This document shows, one piece after another, positions 38,702-48,208 of a stretch of DNA of 64,000 nucleotides. The translations under genes and the position numbers were made by a program. Under the pieces are notes generated by a model that had not been told where the DNA came from, ran no database searches, and saw nothing but the letters and a program-made list of their open reading frames with translations. The first letter of the stretch is position 1. Each line of letters opens with the position of its first letter. Source of the DNA: Desulfobacterales bacterium (GTDB lineage: Bacteria > Desulfobacterota > Desulfobacteria > Desulfobacterales > C00003060); the NCBI GenBank assembly GCA_013375375.1, contig JABXJX010000002.1, forward strand, positions 1,584-65,583, in the 5' to 3' direction.

Positions 38702-39713
38702 AGCAGATTCGAGGTAACTGCTCCCCCGCCAGCATATCAATGATCCTGGTGCCTCCGATACTGGTCTTCATAAAGACTCGCCCCTGGTTCTCTGAGATCA
38801 CCTTTCCGATGATAGCCGCTTCACGCCCATAAGGGTGGGACTTCATACAGTTCAAGACCTTGTCTGCATCTTCAGGTGATACAAAGGCTATCAGCTTTCC
38901 CTCGTTGGCCACATAGAGTGGGTCGATTCCGAGGAGTTCACAGGCCCCGACTACGCTTTCACGCACAGGGATCTTTTCTTCAAAGAGTTCAATTCCTACA
39001 TTCGACTGAAGGGCGATCTCGTTCAGGGTGGTGGCAAGTCCGCCGCGTGTAGGATCACGCATGGTATGGATACTGTCGCTGACCGACATCATTTCTGCCA
39101 CCAATTTATTCAAAGGAGCGGAATCGCTCTGGATGGAGGTCTCAAAGGAAAGGCCTCCCCGCTTGGAGAGGACGGTTATTCCGTGGTCCCCAATAGTTCC
39201 GCTGATCAGTACGAGATCTTCAACCTGAGCATTTTTCCCTGAGATATTGGTATTATTCTTTATGATACCGACCCCTGAGGTGTTAATAAAGATCTTGTCG
39301 GCCCCGCCGCGATTCACCACCTTGGTGTCGCCGGCAATAATCTGTACTCCCGCTGTTTCGGCCGCACCCTTCATCGACTCCACAATCCGCTTTAGATCGG
39401 CTATAGGGAATCCTTCCTCGATAATGAAACCCGCGCTGAGATAGAGCGGCACCGCGCCCCGCATGGACAGGTCGTTCACCGTGCCGTTGACCGCCAGGCA
39501 ACCGATATCGCCGCCCGGGAAAAAGATGGGATCTACCGTGTAAGAGTCTGTAGAAAAGGCGAGTTTTCGATCTCCTATCTCAAATACCGTGCTGTCATCC
39601 AGCCCATCAAGGAGCGAGTTCTTGAACTGAGGTAGAAACACGCGCCTGACCAGTTCGTGTGAGGCCCGGCCTCCGCTGCCGTGATCCAACAAAATACTAT
39701 CTTCTCTTGTCAT
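38700..39713 (-). CDS. hypE: [NiFe]-hydrogenase maturation protein HypE
   Basis: LLDHGSGG..., a PurM-like fold sequence and the C-terminal PRIC motif. The start is set at ATG 39713 (RBS GGGAGA). Confidence 0.9.
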   Translation of the reverse strand: MTREDSILLDHGSGGRASHELVRRVFLPQFKNSLLDGLDDSTVFEIGDRKLAFSTDSYTVDPIFFPGGDIGCLAVNGTVNDLSMRGAVPLYLSAGFIIEEGFPIADLKRIVESMKGAAETAGVQIIAGDTKVVNRGGADKIFINTSGVGIIKNNTNISGKNAQVEDLVLISGTIGDHGITVLSKRGGLSFETSIQSDSAPLNKLVAEMMSVSDSIHTMRDPTRGGLATTLNEIALQSNVGIELFEEKIPVRESVVGACELLGIDPLYVANEGKLIAFVSPEDADKVLNCMKSHPYGREAAIIGKVISENQGRVFMKTSIGGTRIIDMLAGEQLPRIC

Positions 39714-39808
39714 GCCTATCTCCCTAAAGCGTGTCTGTGTCGGTCTGCGCCTGCCCCGTAGGTAGACACTATCGTACCGGGGTGTGTCTGCGGCTAATTT
39801 ATCCAAAA

Positions 39809-40384
39809 TCAAAATTTTATCTTCGGCACCTCTTGTTTCTCCTTTGGCACTTCAAAGAAGGTGGCTTTTTCAAATCCGAACATACCCGCTATCAAGTTGG
39901 TCGGAAAGCTCCTAATATTCATATTGTATACCTTTACCGCTTCGTTGAACCGGCGCCGTTCCACTGCGATCCTGTTTTCAGTCCCTGCCAGTTCGTCTTG
40001 AAGCCGGATAAAATTAGTGTTCGCCTTCAGATCGGGATACCGTTCCACCACCACTAAGAGTCGGGCTAGGGCAGAGGATAATTGGTTATTGGCCGCAATC
40101 TTCTCACTGATATTGCCGGCTCCGGCTACCATTGAGCGTGCCTTGGTCACTTTCAGGAAGACCTCCTTTTCGTGCCTGGCATATCCCTTTACGGTTTCCA
40201 CGTAATTTGGGATCAGGTCGTAGCGGCGCTGGAGCTGATTTTCAACCTGTGCCCAGGCCCCCTTTATCCCTTCGTCCATACGGACAAGGCTATTGTACGT
40301 CCCTTTCAGATATAGCAAAGGAATCAAGACAGCCAACAGGATAATTCCTACTATGATGAGCGTGGTTTTTTGTCCTTGTGTCAT
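39809..40384 (-). CDS. lemA: LemA family protein
   Basis: N-terminal TM helix followed by YNSLVRMDEGIKGAWAQVENQLQRRYDLIPN..., a typical LemA sequence. Confidence 0.85.
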   Translation of the reverse strand: MTQGQKTTLIIVGIILLAVLIPLLYLKGTYNSLVRMDEGIKGAWAQVENQLQRRYDLIPNYVETVKGYARHEKEVFLKVTKARSMVAGAGNISEKIAANNQLSSALARLLVVVERYPDLKANTNFIRLQDELAGTENRIAVERRRFNEAVKVYNMNIRSFPTNLIAGMFGFEKATFFEVPKEKQEVPKIKF

Positions 40385-40520
40385 TTAACCTCCTAAAAAC
40401 GAGTTGCACGTTACGGGTTGCGCGTTAAGCAGCACATAGCGCATGGTGCATAGCGTGTGGCGTTTTTTCTTTTACGCTCTGCGCTTTGCCCTCTGCTCCT
40501 GGCGCTTTCGTTCCAAAATT

Positions 40521-41246
40521 CTACAGCGTGTCCACGATCTTCCACAGTTGGTGTACCTGCCTTAGGTATGATTTGAAAAGGTCGGCCATTTCAGAGTCAG
40601 ATAGCTTAAGCCTTTTTTCTTTGATGTCAAGGAGCTTTTCAAAGAGGGTGGCATCCATGTCAAAGGCCAGGCAAACCTCTCTGATGACCTCGCGTTTGTG
40701 GCGTGGAAGCTCGTTTCCTCTCAGATGAAGGAGCGCGTTGAATATGGCGACAAATGTACCAAGAGACTGGGTTGCGAGCTGTTGCAGATATTTCCCCTTG
40801 CCCCGTGTTTCCAAGAAGGCTTCCCTCAAGACGAGTAACTTTCCCTTTACCTCCCTTTCGCATTGGAGTCTCAAGAACTCTTGGTCAAAGGAGAGATCCT
40901 TCAGGATATCCTTGCCGTAAACGAGTTCGTGATTGTTCCGGAAATTCAGATATTCAATCGGAAAGACATCCAATGATGTCTTGACATACGTCTCGGTTAG
41001 AAACAAGGGGGTCGCCACATTGCGCTTTTTCCACTTTCCTATGACTTCAAAGGCCCGGTCAAGGGAATCGATGCCATCTTCAGAAAGCACAATCATGAAG
41101 TTGATGTCTGATTTGCCAGGAATGTAGTCATTGCTTGCCGCGCTACCGTAGAGTATTACGGAAACCAAATCCTCGCCAAACAGACCCTTGTAGTCATCAA
41201 CGATCCCGGGAAATATCTCCTTCGGATCTTTCGGGACTTTCGACAT
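40521..41246 (-). CDS. nucleotidyltransferase-domain protein with helical (HEPN-like) C-terminal half
   Basis: The ILYGSAASNDYIPGKSDINFMIVL motif is of the GS..SD(I/V)D type. The C-terminal half contains LRGNELPRH, which fits Rx4-6H. The architecture is KNTase-like, which is inference. Confidence 0.6.
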   Translation of the reverse strand: MSKVPKDPKEIFPGIVDDYKGLFGEDLVSVILYGSAASNDYIPGKSDINFMIVLSEDGIDSLDRAFEVIGKWKKRNVATPLFLTETYVKTSLDVFPIEYLNFRNNHELVYGKDILKDLSFDQEFLRLQCEREVKGKLLVLREAFLETRGKGKYLQQLATQSLGTFVAIFNALLHLRGNELPRHKREVIREVCLAFDMDATLFEKLLDIKEKRLKLSDSEMADLFKSYLRQVHQLWKIVDTL

Positions 41247-41265
41247 AAACTGTCCTCCGCTGTTC

Positions 41266-41499
41266 GTTATTGGTTTGGGATCATGACGTCTTTTCTTTCG
41301 TTCCGAGTCTCCCGGGCTGGTGTTTTTTGCAACTTATCTGCGGGGGAGCTTTACCCCCTCCGCATTCTCCCGCAAGCGGGAGCTGCGGTTTCCCCCACAG
41401 ATAAGTAACAAAAACACGGCGCCCTCCCGCCAGTCACTCCAGAAAAGACATCATGATCCCATATCTATGATGTCGAGTGGTTAATGTCCTTTTTAATAA
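41266..41499 (+). repeat. nested-hairpin MITE-like repeat, copy C (left terminus truncated)
   Basis: Aligns with copies A/B from ATTGGTTTGGG onward to TTAATGTCCTTTTTAATAA. It begins 20 nt from the 41246 start codon. Confidence 0.8.
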
Positions 41500-41536
41500 C
41501 TCTACGAACCCAATAAACCCAACAGGCTCAGCCGGT

Positions 41537-42313
41537 CTAAAAGCCTCCACCGGCCCCTCCGCCACCGCTAAAGCCGCCGCCAAAGCCGCCAAAACCCCCG
41601 CCAAAGCTACCGAAGCTGCCGCCGAATCCGCCCCGGCCGTAGCCTCCTCCATATCCGATTCCTCTTCCCATGAACATAAGGAGCAGGAGGGGGAAGAGAC
41701 CGCCTCTCCTCCTGCCCATGGAAAAGAGGAGCAACAGAAAGAAAAGCATGAACAGCAGGGACGATAAGCCGGCGCCCTTTTTGACGGGCCGTCTAACAGG
41801 AACCTCTCCGCTCAGACTGACTCCCGCGTCTTTGGCAATGAGGCCGGCTATGGCGAGGGTGCCGTTCAAGAGTCCTTCTCCAAATTGATTTTGCTTCAAA
41901 TAGGGGACAATATACTGGTCGCGTATCTCGCCGGCCAGGCCGTCAGGGATGATGCCTTCTATTCCATAGCCGGTCTCGATCCGCATCTTGCGCTCTTTGA
42001 TGGTGACAAAGATCAGGACTCCTCTATCTTCGCCTTTTTTCCCGATCCCCCATGCCGCGTACAAGCGGTTGGCGTACTCGTTGTAATCCTCACCACCGAT
42101 CTCCGGCATAGTGACCACCACCACAGGCACACCTGTTTTTCTCAAAAGTTCACCGGTTACTCGCAACAACTTCTCTTGATAATGAGGTGGAATGACATTG
42201 GCAAAATCGTTGACGAGTCCACGCGGCTTTGGAAACACATCGGCGGTATGACTTACGACCGGGCATGCGAGCGCCAAAAAAAGGAGAGTTGCCAGGGCAA
42301 GCCCGATCTTCAT
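41537..42313 (-). CDS. TPM-domain (YgcG-like) protein with Gly-rich C-terminal tail
   Basis: Signal peptide, LVNDFANVI... and VVVTMPEIGGEDYNEYANRLYAAWGIGKK (TPM/DUF477), a TM segment, and a GGGYGRGGFGGSFG tail. The start is ATG 42313, because the upstream part of the ORF lies in repeat D. Confidence 0.8.
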   Translation of the reverse strand: MKIGLALATLLFLALACPVVSHTADVFPKPRGLVNDFANVIPPHYQEKLLRVTGELLRKTGVPVVVVTMPEIGGEDYNEYANRLYAAWGIGKKGEDRGVLIFVTIKERKMRIETGYGIEGIIPDGLAGEIRDQYIVPYLKQNQFGEGLLNGTLAIAGLIAKDAGVSLSGEVPVRRPVKKGAGLSSLLFMLFFLLLLFSMGRRRGGLFPLLLLMFMGRGIGYGGGYGRGGFGGSFGSFGGGFGGFGGGFSGGGGAGGGF

Positions 42314-42347
42314 ATTCGAATATTGTCTATTAGTGATCATATAATAT

Positions 42348-42476
42348 TTACTAACAAGAAACTTTTGTGCTCGACATTGGTTTGGGGTCATGACGTCTTT
42401 TCTTTTGTTCCGAGTCTCCCGGACTACAGCGCCCCCCTATCTATTGATGTCGGGTAGTTAATGTACTTTTTAGTTA
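42348..42476 (+). repeat. nested-hairpin MITE-like repeat, short copy D
   Basis: The left arm, up to CCGAGTCTCCCGGACT, is joined to ACAGCGCCC and the right terminus. The termini are as in copies A/B. Confidence 0.75.
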
Positions 42477-42769
42477 GGATAAAGCCACCGGCACCAAATT
42501 GTCCGGAGACATCCATATAACACATTAAATCTTTCAAAGAAACCTTTCTTGCCTGCCCCATACGTCAAGATTTTGACCATTTTTGCCTTAAGATATCAAA
42601 AGGTAACGCTTTTACAAAGTGCCTGCACCCAAGAACCCACTCCGTTCTTCTCCGTCTCACCGGCAAATTCTTCAACTTTAATTATTACAAAGCGGCATTT
42701 TTTGCCTGGCTTCCATTCCTTCTCGCCCCATCTCTCTAAAATCATTGAATAAAATTCCCCTCTGCCTAC

Positions 42770-42785
42770 TGGCATGATAGTTGCT
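42770..42785 (+). promoter_or_regulatory. candidate sigma54 (-24/-12) promoter
   Basis: TGGCATGATAGTTGCT matches TGGCAC-N5-TTGCW at all but one position. The nearest downstream ORF starts at 43044. Confidence 0.5.
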
Positions 42786-43043
42786 TAGATTCAAGTGAAA
42801 GTTAAAGTTCAACAGGCCCCATCCGATAGAAGTAGAAACACAGGCACATCTATGATCTCTGTGTCTCTGTGGTGAAACCATCATAAAACTCAATAGGTTA
42901 GCATGTTCCCAGCCATGTAACCCAGGGGGGCGAAGCACGTCTTCATGTTGGAGGATCGCTCAAATCCAGCCCGCCCCGTAGGGAGGAACGACCGTACTGG
43001 GGTAGCGCGAAGCATCCCGCAGGGATAATCCTGTCTAAAAGTC

Positions 43044-43370
43044 ATGCAAGACCAGCTCTTAACCATTCAAGAAGTCAGTGACCGGCTCAAGGTCCCAAAA
43101 CACACCTTGCGGTTCTGGGAAAAGGAACTGGACGGCATTATAGTTCCTCACAGAACCAACGGCGGACAGAGGCGGTACGGCCTTAAGGCCATCGCCATAA
43201 TCGAAGAGATAAAAAGACTAAGAAAAAGAGGGATGAGTCTGGCCGAGATCAAGAGGAAACTCGGTGATAGCAATAATTCAAATTCAGACCGAATTGATCT
43301 TTTGGCAGACAAAATTACAGAGGTCGTCAAGGCAGAGGTTTATAGGTTTCTTGAAGGGGAAGCGGAATGA
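43044..43370 (+). CDS. small MerR-family HTH protein
   Basis: LLTIQEVSDRLKVPKHTLRFWEKEL...GGQRRY is the MerR N-terminal HTH signature; 108 aa. Confidence 0.75.
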   Translation: MQDQLLTIQEVSDRLKVPKHTLRFWEKELDGIIVPHRTNGGQRRYGLKAIAIIEEIKRLRKRGMSLAEIKRKLGDSNNSNSDRIDLLADKITEVVKAEVYRFLEGEAE

Positions 43371-43615
43371 ATCCCGGCTTCTATGCTTGCCTAAAATGAA
43401 ACAAAACTTAGCACAATTCAGCACCTGCTGCCCAAGCCGGTCGACTAAAGCAACTCAGGGCTTTTCCGCCGCAAGGCGGATTGTATTTCATCACTTTCAT
43501 CAGGAAAGTGATGAGAAAAAAATCCATCAAATCCTGTAAATCCTGTCTAACTTAGGAAAGAAAAAGATCAACTATTGAACTGTTATGGAATAACAAGTTG
43601 CGGGGTGTATGTGCT

Positions 43616-45214
43616 ATGAATAATATTGCAGTGATTGGATCGGGGTACTGGGGGAAAAATCTTGTGCGCAATTTTGACGAATTAGGCGCGCTTCATACGA
43701 TCTGTGATAAGAACATCGCAACCCTTCGATCCTTTCAGGAAAAATATCCTGAGAAAAAATTTCAAACGTCCTATGAATTAGTGTTGAAAAACCCCGCAAT
43801 TGACGCCGTGGTGATCGCCACGCCGGCAGAGACCCACTTTGAGCTGGCTAAAAAGGGATTATTGGCGGGCAAGCATGTGTTTGTGGAAAAGCCGCTGGCC
43901 TTGGTAGTCAGTGAAGCAGAGACCCTTTGCGAAATTGCGTTCCGCAGAAATCTCAAACTGATGGTCGGGCATATCCTGCTTTATCATCCGGCCATTGTAA
44001 AGCTCAAAGAGATCATAAGCTCCGGTGAATTAGGAAAGATCAACTACATCTATTCAAACCGCCTGAATCTTGGCAAGTTCCGTACTGAAGAGAATATCCT
44101 GTGGAGTTTTGCCCCGCATGATATCTCCGCCATCCTTTATCTATTGGAAGAGATGCCCACGCAGGTCGTGGCCCAGGGGGGCAATTATTTAAACAATGAC
44201 ATTGCCGACGTAACCATGAGCGTGCTTTCCTTTAAGAGTGGCGTCAAGGGGCATATCTTTGTCAGTTGGCTGCATCCTAACAAAGAACAAAAACTTGTGG
44301 TCGTTGGCGACAAAAAAATGGTGGTCTTTGACGACACATTGGCCGAAGGAAAATTGCAGATCCATGATAAGGGGGTTGAATGGGTGAACCGCCAGCCGGT
44401 GCCGCGAAAAAACGACGCGAAAATCGTCCCCATAGAATCCAATGAACCACTTAAGGCGGAATGCGCCCACTTCTTAGAGTGCATTGAATCCGACAGGGCA
44501 CCGAAAACAGACGGAAACAATGGAATACAGGTTCTAAAGATTTTGAACGCTTGCCAGGATTCTCTGGAGCACCACGGCACTGTTATTGACATGAATGGCG
44601 CTTGCCGTTCGGAATCGTTCTTTGCACATGAAACAGCAGTAATTGACACAGCCTGCAAGATAGGAAAAGGGAGCAAGGTCTGGCATTTCAGCCACATCAT
44701 GTCGGGCGCTGAAATAGGGGAGCGGTGCAACATCGGGCAAAACGTGGTCATCTCTCATGGTGTCAAGATCGGCAGCAACGTCAAGATCCAGAATAATGTA
44801 TCAATCTATGAAGGCGTAGTCCTTGAAGATGATGTTTTCTGCGGTCCCTCAATGGTCTTCACCAATGTCATCAATCCACGCAGTCATATCTCCAGAAAAC
44901 ATAAATTCAAACAAACCCTGGTCAAAAAGGGCGCAACCATCGGTGCCAATGCCACGATTGTATGCGGGCATACCATCGGCAGATACGCCTTTGTCGGCGC
45001 AGGTGCCGTGGTAACCAAAGATGTGCCGGATCACGCCCTTGTGCTGGGCAACCCGGCGACGATTGAGGGCTGGATGTGCGAGTGCGGGCACCAGCTTAAT
45101 TTCCAAGGCGATATGACTGCTTGTTCAGAATGCGGGAAAGAATACATAAAGACAGAAGAGGGTGTAAGGCTTTTTGAAGATCAAGGGACGTTGCATGCAG
45201 AAACTAGTGCATAA
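43616..45214 (+). CDS. Gfo/Idh/MocA-type sugar-nucleotide oxidoreductase fused to left-handed-beta-helix N-acetyltransferase and a terminal Zn ribbon (WbpB-like + WbpD-like)
   Basis: The N-terminus has [12 protein letters not shown] (Rossmann fold) plus a Gfo/Idh/MocA body. Residues ~340-480 show hexapeptide repeats ([35 protein letters not shown]...). The C-terminus has CECG...CSECG. Start at ATG 43616. Confidence 0.75.
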   Translation: MNNIAVIGSGYWGKNLVRNFDELGALHTICDKNIATLRSFQEKYPEKKFQTSYELVLKNPAIDAVVIATPAETHFELAKKGLLAGKHVFVEKPLALVVSEAETLCEIAFRRNLKLMVGHILLYHPAIVKLKEIISSGELGKINYIYSNRLNLGKFRTEENILWSFAPHDISAILYLLEEMPTQVVAQGGNYLNNDIADVTMSVLSFKSGVKGHIFVSWLHPNKEQKLVVVGDKKMVVFDDTLAEGKLQIHDKGVEWVNRQPVPRKNDAKIVPIESNEPLKAECAHFLECIESDRAPKTDGNNGIQVLKILNACQDSLEHHGTVIDMNGACRSESFFAHETAVIDTACKIGKGSKVWHFSHIMSGAEIGERCNIGQNVVISHGVKIGSNVKIQNNVSIYEGVVLEDDVFCGPSMVFTNVINPRSHISRKHKFKQTLVKKGATIGANATIVCGHTIGRYAFVGAGAVVTKDVPDHALVLGNPATIEGWMCECGHQLNFQGDMTACSECGKEYIKTEEGVRLFEDQGTLHAETSA

Positions 45215-45287
45215 TCCAGACGTTCATTGTCTCTCTGTAATGCTTTCCAAACATGGATAAACTAAAAAGACTAAAGAGGATTTTTTG

Positions 45288-46946
45288 ATGGAAGACAAGT
45301 TAAAACAAGGCGAAACTCTTTTTGCTGAAGGTAAAGTTGAAGAGGCTGAGAAGTGCTTTTTGGGTCTTTTGGAAGAGAACCCTGAAAATGAGGAGGCATA
45401 TAACAATCTTGGCGTCATTGCCCTTCAACGGCAGAATATTGAACAAGCTTTTGCATATTTTACAAAGGCATTGGAAATAGCTCCTTTTTACAAATACGCA
45501 GTTTTAAACTATTCCGAGGTGCTTAGGGCGTTAGGCCGACTTCATGCAGCTATTCCCATTTTAGAAAAAGGCATTGAGAAATATTCTGACGATAAAGAGG
45601 TTAATCAGCTTTTACAGGATGCTTATGAAGCTCAGTATAATTCTACACCTTTAACTGATAGCCTAAACCACAAAACACATCTTAAATCAAAGGAATTAAT
45701 TAACTCCTCTCCCGAAAAGAAATTCAGCGGAACGAACGAAGATCCACTGTCAGGCAAGAAAATACTACATGCCCCGTTTGAAATTGCAGGCAATATGGCT
45801 AGAATCAGTCGATTTCTAAGAGCCCAAAACGTGGATGCGATTAGTGCGAATTATTATGATTCATGGCTGAAATACAAATGTGATATTAATCTAAATATCA
45901 ACAACCTTCCTGAAAGCGAGCGTCATAAAACGATTGACGATTTTGCCAAAGAGGCCATAGACAAATACGATATTTTTCATTTTCACTTCACCCATTCACT
46001 ATATCCAGACTTCAGGGATTTGGAAGAACTAAAACAAAAAGGCAAGAAAATTCTCTTTTCATTTTGGGGCAGTGATCAGAGAAGCCCGGAGTGGATACTT
46101 TATCACCAAGCTAAATTTCTCGGTTACAATCCTCCAAAGCCGTTCTTCAATACGTTACAGCAATATCATACCCATAAGTTAATTAACCGCTATGCAGATG
46201 TGATGTTTGGAACAACATGTATCCCGAGAGGAATATTTATTCCAGGTTATGCAGACACTTCTGAATGGAATCTTGTGGAAAAAGAGAGAATGCTCAGAAG
46301 GAGAATAATCGAAAAGGATTCTGGAAAGACTTATTTTGTTCATGCACCAACATCACATTGGAAGAAAGGGTCTCAAATTATTCTTAAGTTACTTGAGGAA
46401 TGTAAAAAAGATGGAATGCCAATTGAAATCTTGTTTGTCAGCCAGGTTCCACCAGAAAGGGCGAAGCAGATATATGCTTATGCAGATTATGGTATTGACC
46501 ATGTTGGGGTTGGCACATTCGGATTATTTGGAGTTGAAATGCTATGCTGGCAAACTCCTGTACTCGTTTATCATATAGATCTATTTGACAGAATCCGAAA
46601 CTCCCCTCCTATCATAAGAATAACAAAAGACAATTTTAAAAGCCAAATTGCCAAGTGTATTGAGATGAAAGAAAGTGGTGAGATAGTTGAGTTGGGAAAA
46701 AAGGGACAGAAATGGGCAATTGAGAATGTAGATATATCCCTTGGTTTACCGGAATATTTGAGAATATATAGAAACTTGGTTGAAGGAAAGCAGATCAAGC
46801 AATACGTGAACAGGTCTTGGTACGAACAGGAATACCGACTTCAGAGTGGGGTAAAGTCAAAGTTTTATAGATATATGATTGAAGAGAATGTGTTTGATGA
46901 GTTGCAGATGCAAGCACCAGACTACGATAGAAGGTTGTACACTTGA
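45288..46946 (+). CDS. TPR-repeat protein with C-terminal GT-B-like (glycosyltransferase-like) domain
   Basis: N-terminal TPR repeats (AEKCFLGLLEENPENEEAYNNLG, AFAYFTKALEIAP). The C-terminal ~400 aa have a GT-B-like layout (YFVHAPTSHWKKGSQ..., GTFGLFGVEMLCWQTPVLV). The second call is weak. Confidence 0.45.
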   Translation: MEDKLKQGETLFAEGKVEEAEKCFLGLLEENPENEEAYNNLGVIALQRQNIEQAFAYFTKALEIAPFYKYAVLNYSEVLRALGRLHAAIPILEKGIEKYSDDKEVNQLLQDAYEAQYNSTPLTDSLNHKTHLKSKELINSSPEKKFSGTNEDPLSGKKILHAPFEIAGNMARISRFLRAQNVDAISANYYDSWLKYKCDINLNINNLPESERHKTIDDFAKEAIDKYDIFHFHFTHSLYPDFRDLEELKQKGKKILFSFWGSDQRSPEWILYHQAKFLGYNPPKPFFNTLQQYHTHKLINRYADVMFGTTCIPRGIFIPGYADTSEWNLVEKERMLRRRIIEKDSGKTYFVHAPTSHWKKGSQIILKLLEECKKDGMPIEILFVSQVPPERAKQIYAYADYGIDHVGVGTFGLFGVEMLCWQTPVLVYHIDLFDRIRNSPPIIRITKDNFKSQIAKCIEMKESGEIVELGKKGQKWAIENVDISLGLPEYLRIYRNLVEGKQIKQYVNRSWYEQEYRLQSGVKSKFYRYMIEENVFDELQMQAPDYDRRLYT

Positions 46947-47013
46947 TTGGGTACTGGTTTGACTGAACGAGGGTTAGTTCGCAGTAATCATCACACTTTT
47001 TGGGCAAAGATTC

Positions 47014-48207
47014 ATGCGACTTAATCAGAAATTACAAGCGGTTTGGGAGTCTGCTACAGTCGCTCTGGCGGACCGTGTTCGCGAACTAAAGGCAGAGGGT
47101 AAGCATGTCATTGCGTTGCAGACAGGAGACCCTGACTTTCCAACACCAGAGCCAATTGTTGAAGCTGCCTATCAGGCTTTAAAGGATGGGCTGACGCATT
47201 ATTCGAACAGCCGTGGTTTGCCGGAATTGAGAGAGGCTATTTCACAGAAGCTTTTTCAGGAGCATGGCGTGCATTACGACCCAGGTGCCGAAATCCTGGT
47301 CACCAGCGGTGGTGTACACGCTTACTTCTGCGCGTTGAATGCCATTCTTAGCTTGGGTGAAGAGGTGCTTGTTCCAGACCCCGCCTGGATGACACACTCC
47401 AACGTTATTACTCTTCTAGGAGGAAAAGCGAAACATGTTCCTTCGGAACCGGAGAACGATTTTTGGCCAAAAGTGGACGCCTGGGAGGAGTCAGTTTCCC
47501 CCAAGACCGTGGCTCTGGTGATCAACTCTCCCAATAATCCGACTGGGTCGGTTGCTACTGAGGATTACCTGCGCAAAGTTGTGGACTTTGCCAATCGCCA
47601 CGATCTGCACATCATCTCTGATGAGGTTTACAACGCCATCCTTTTTGATAGCCAGCGGCATGTGTGTATGGCATCTTTTCCTGAAGCTCGTGATCGTATT
47701 TTATTGGTCAACAGCTTTTCCAAAACTTACGCTATGACAGGGTGGCGCATTGGGTACTTGGCGGCTCCGGCCGCGATCGTTTCACAGGCACTCAAAGCCA
47801 GTCAACACACCATCACAAACGTTTCGCCTTTCGTGCAGAAGGCGGCTTTGTGTGCTTTAAACGATGCCGACGTTGCTGCTGCAGTGAGCAAAATGGTTGC
47901 CCGTTATCAGCAACGGCGTGACATGGCACTGAAAATCCTTAAAGAACGTTCCCGTGTGGGGATTGATGTTGTGAAATCAAAAGGAGCCTTCTATCTTTTT
48001 CTCGATATCCGCAAACTGGGAATGCCGTCCAATACCTTTGCGAAGCGACTGCTTGACGAAGCACTGATCTCTACCGTGCCTGGCTCAGTATACGGTGTGT
48101 GTGGAGAGGGATTCCTGAGAGTGACGACTGCGACATCTGAAGAAGTTATAGAAGCTGGAATTCAGGGACTATTAGATTGGGCAGATTCTCAGGAATGGGG
48201 CAATTGA
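47014..48207 (+). CDS. PLP-dependent aminotransferase, class I/II (aspartate-aminotransferase fold)
   Basis: GDPDFPTP, INSPNNPTG, and SFSKTYAMTGWRIGY (PLP-Lys motif). Confidence 0.85.
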   Translation: MRLNQKLQAVWESATVALADRVRELKAEGKHVIALQTGDPDFPTPEPIVEAAYQALKDGLTHYSNSRGLPELREAISQKLFQEHGVHYDPGAEILVTSGGVHAYFCALNAILSLGEEVLVPDPAWMTHSNVITLLGGKAKHVPSEPENDFWPKVDAWEESVSPKTVALVINSPNNPTGSVATEDYLRKVVDFANRHDLHIISDEVYNAILFDSQRHVCMASFPEARDRILLVNSFSKTYAMTGWRIGYLAAPAAIVSQALKASQHTITNVSPFVQKAALCALNDADVAAAVSKMVARYQQRRDMALKILKERSRVGIDVVKSKGAFYLFLDIRKLGMPSNTFAKRLLDEALISTVPGSVYGVCGEGFLRVTTATSEEVIEAGIQGLLDWADSQEWGN

Positions 48208-48208
48208 C

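Noticed and set aside
41477-41767. 96-aa Ala/Lys/Glu-rich plus-strand ORF
   Set aside because: It is the antisense reading of the Gly-rich (GGN repeat) tail of the TPM-domain gene, so it is a compositional artefact.
42890-43040. Structured-looking GC-rich segment (…CCCGCCCCGTAGGGAGG…GCGAAGCATCCCGCAGGGAT…) considered as a known riboswitch or ncRNA
   Set aside because: I could not match it to any riboswitch consensus I know (c-di-GMP, SAM, TPP, glycine and others). It is reported only as part of the sigma54 leader finding.
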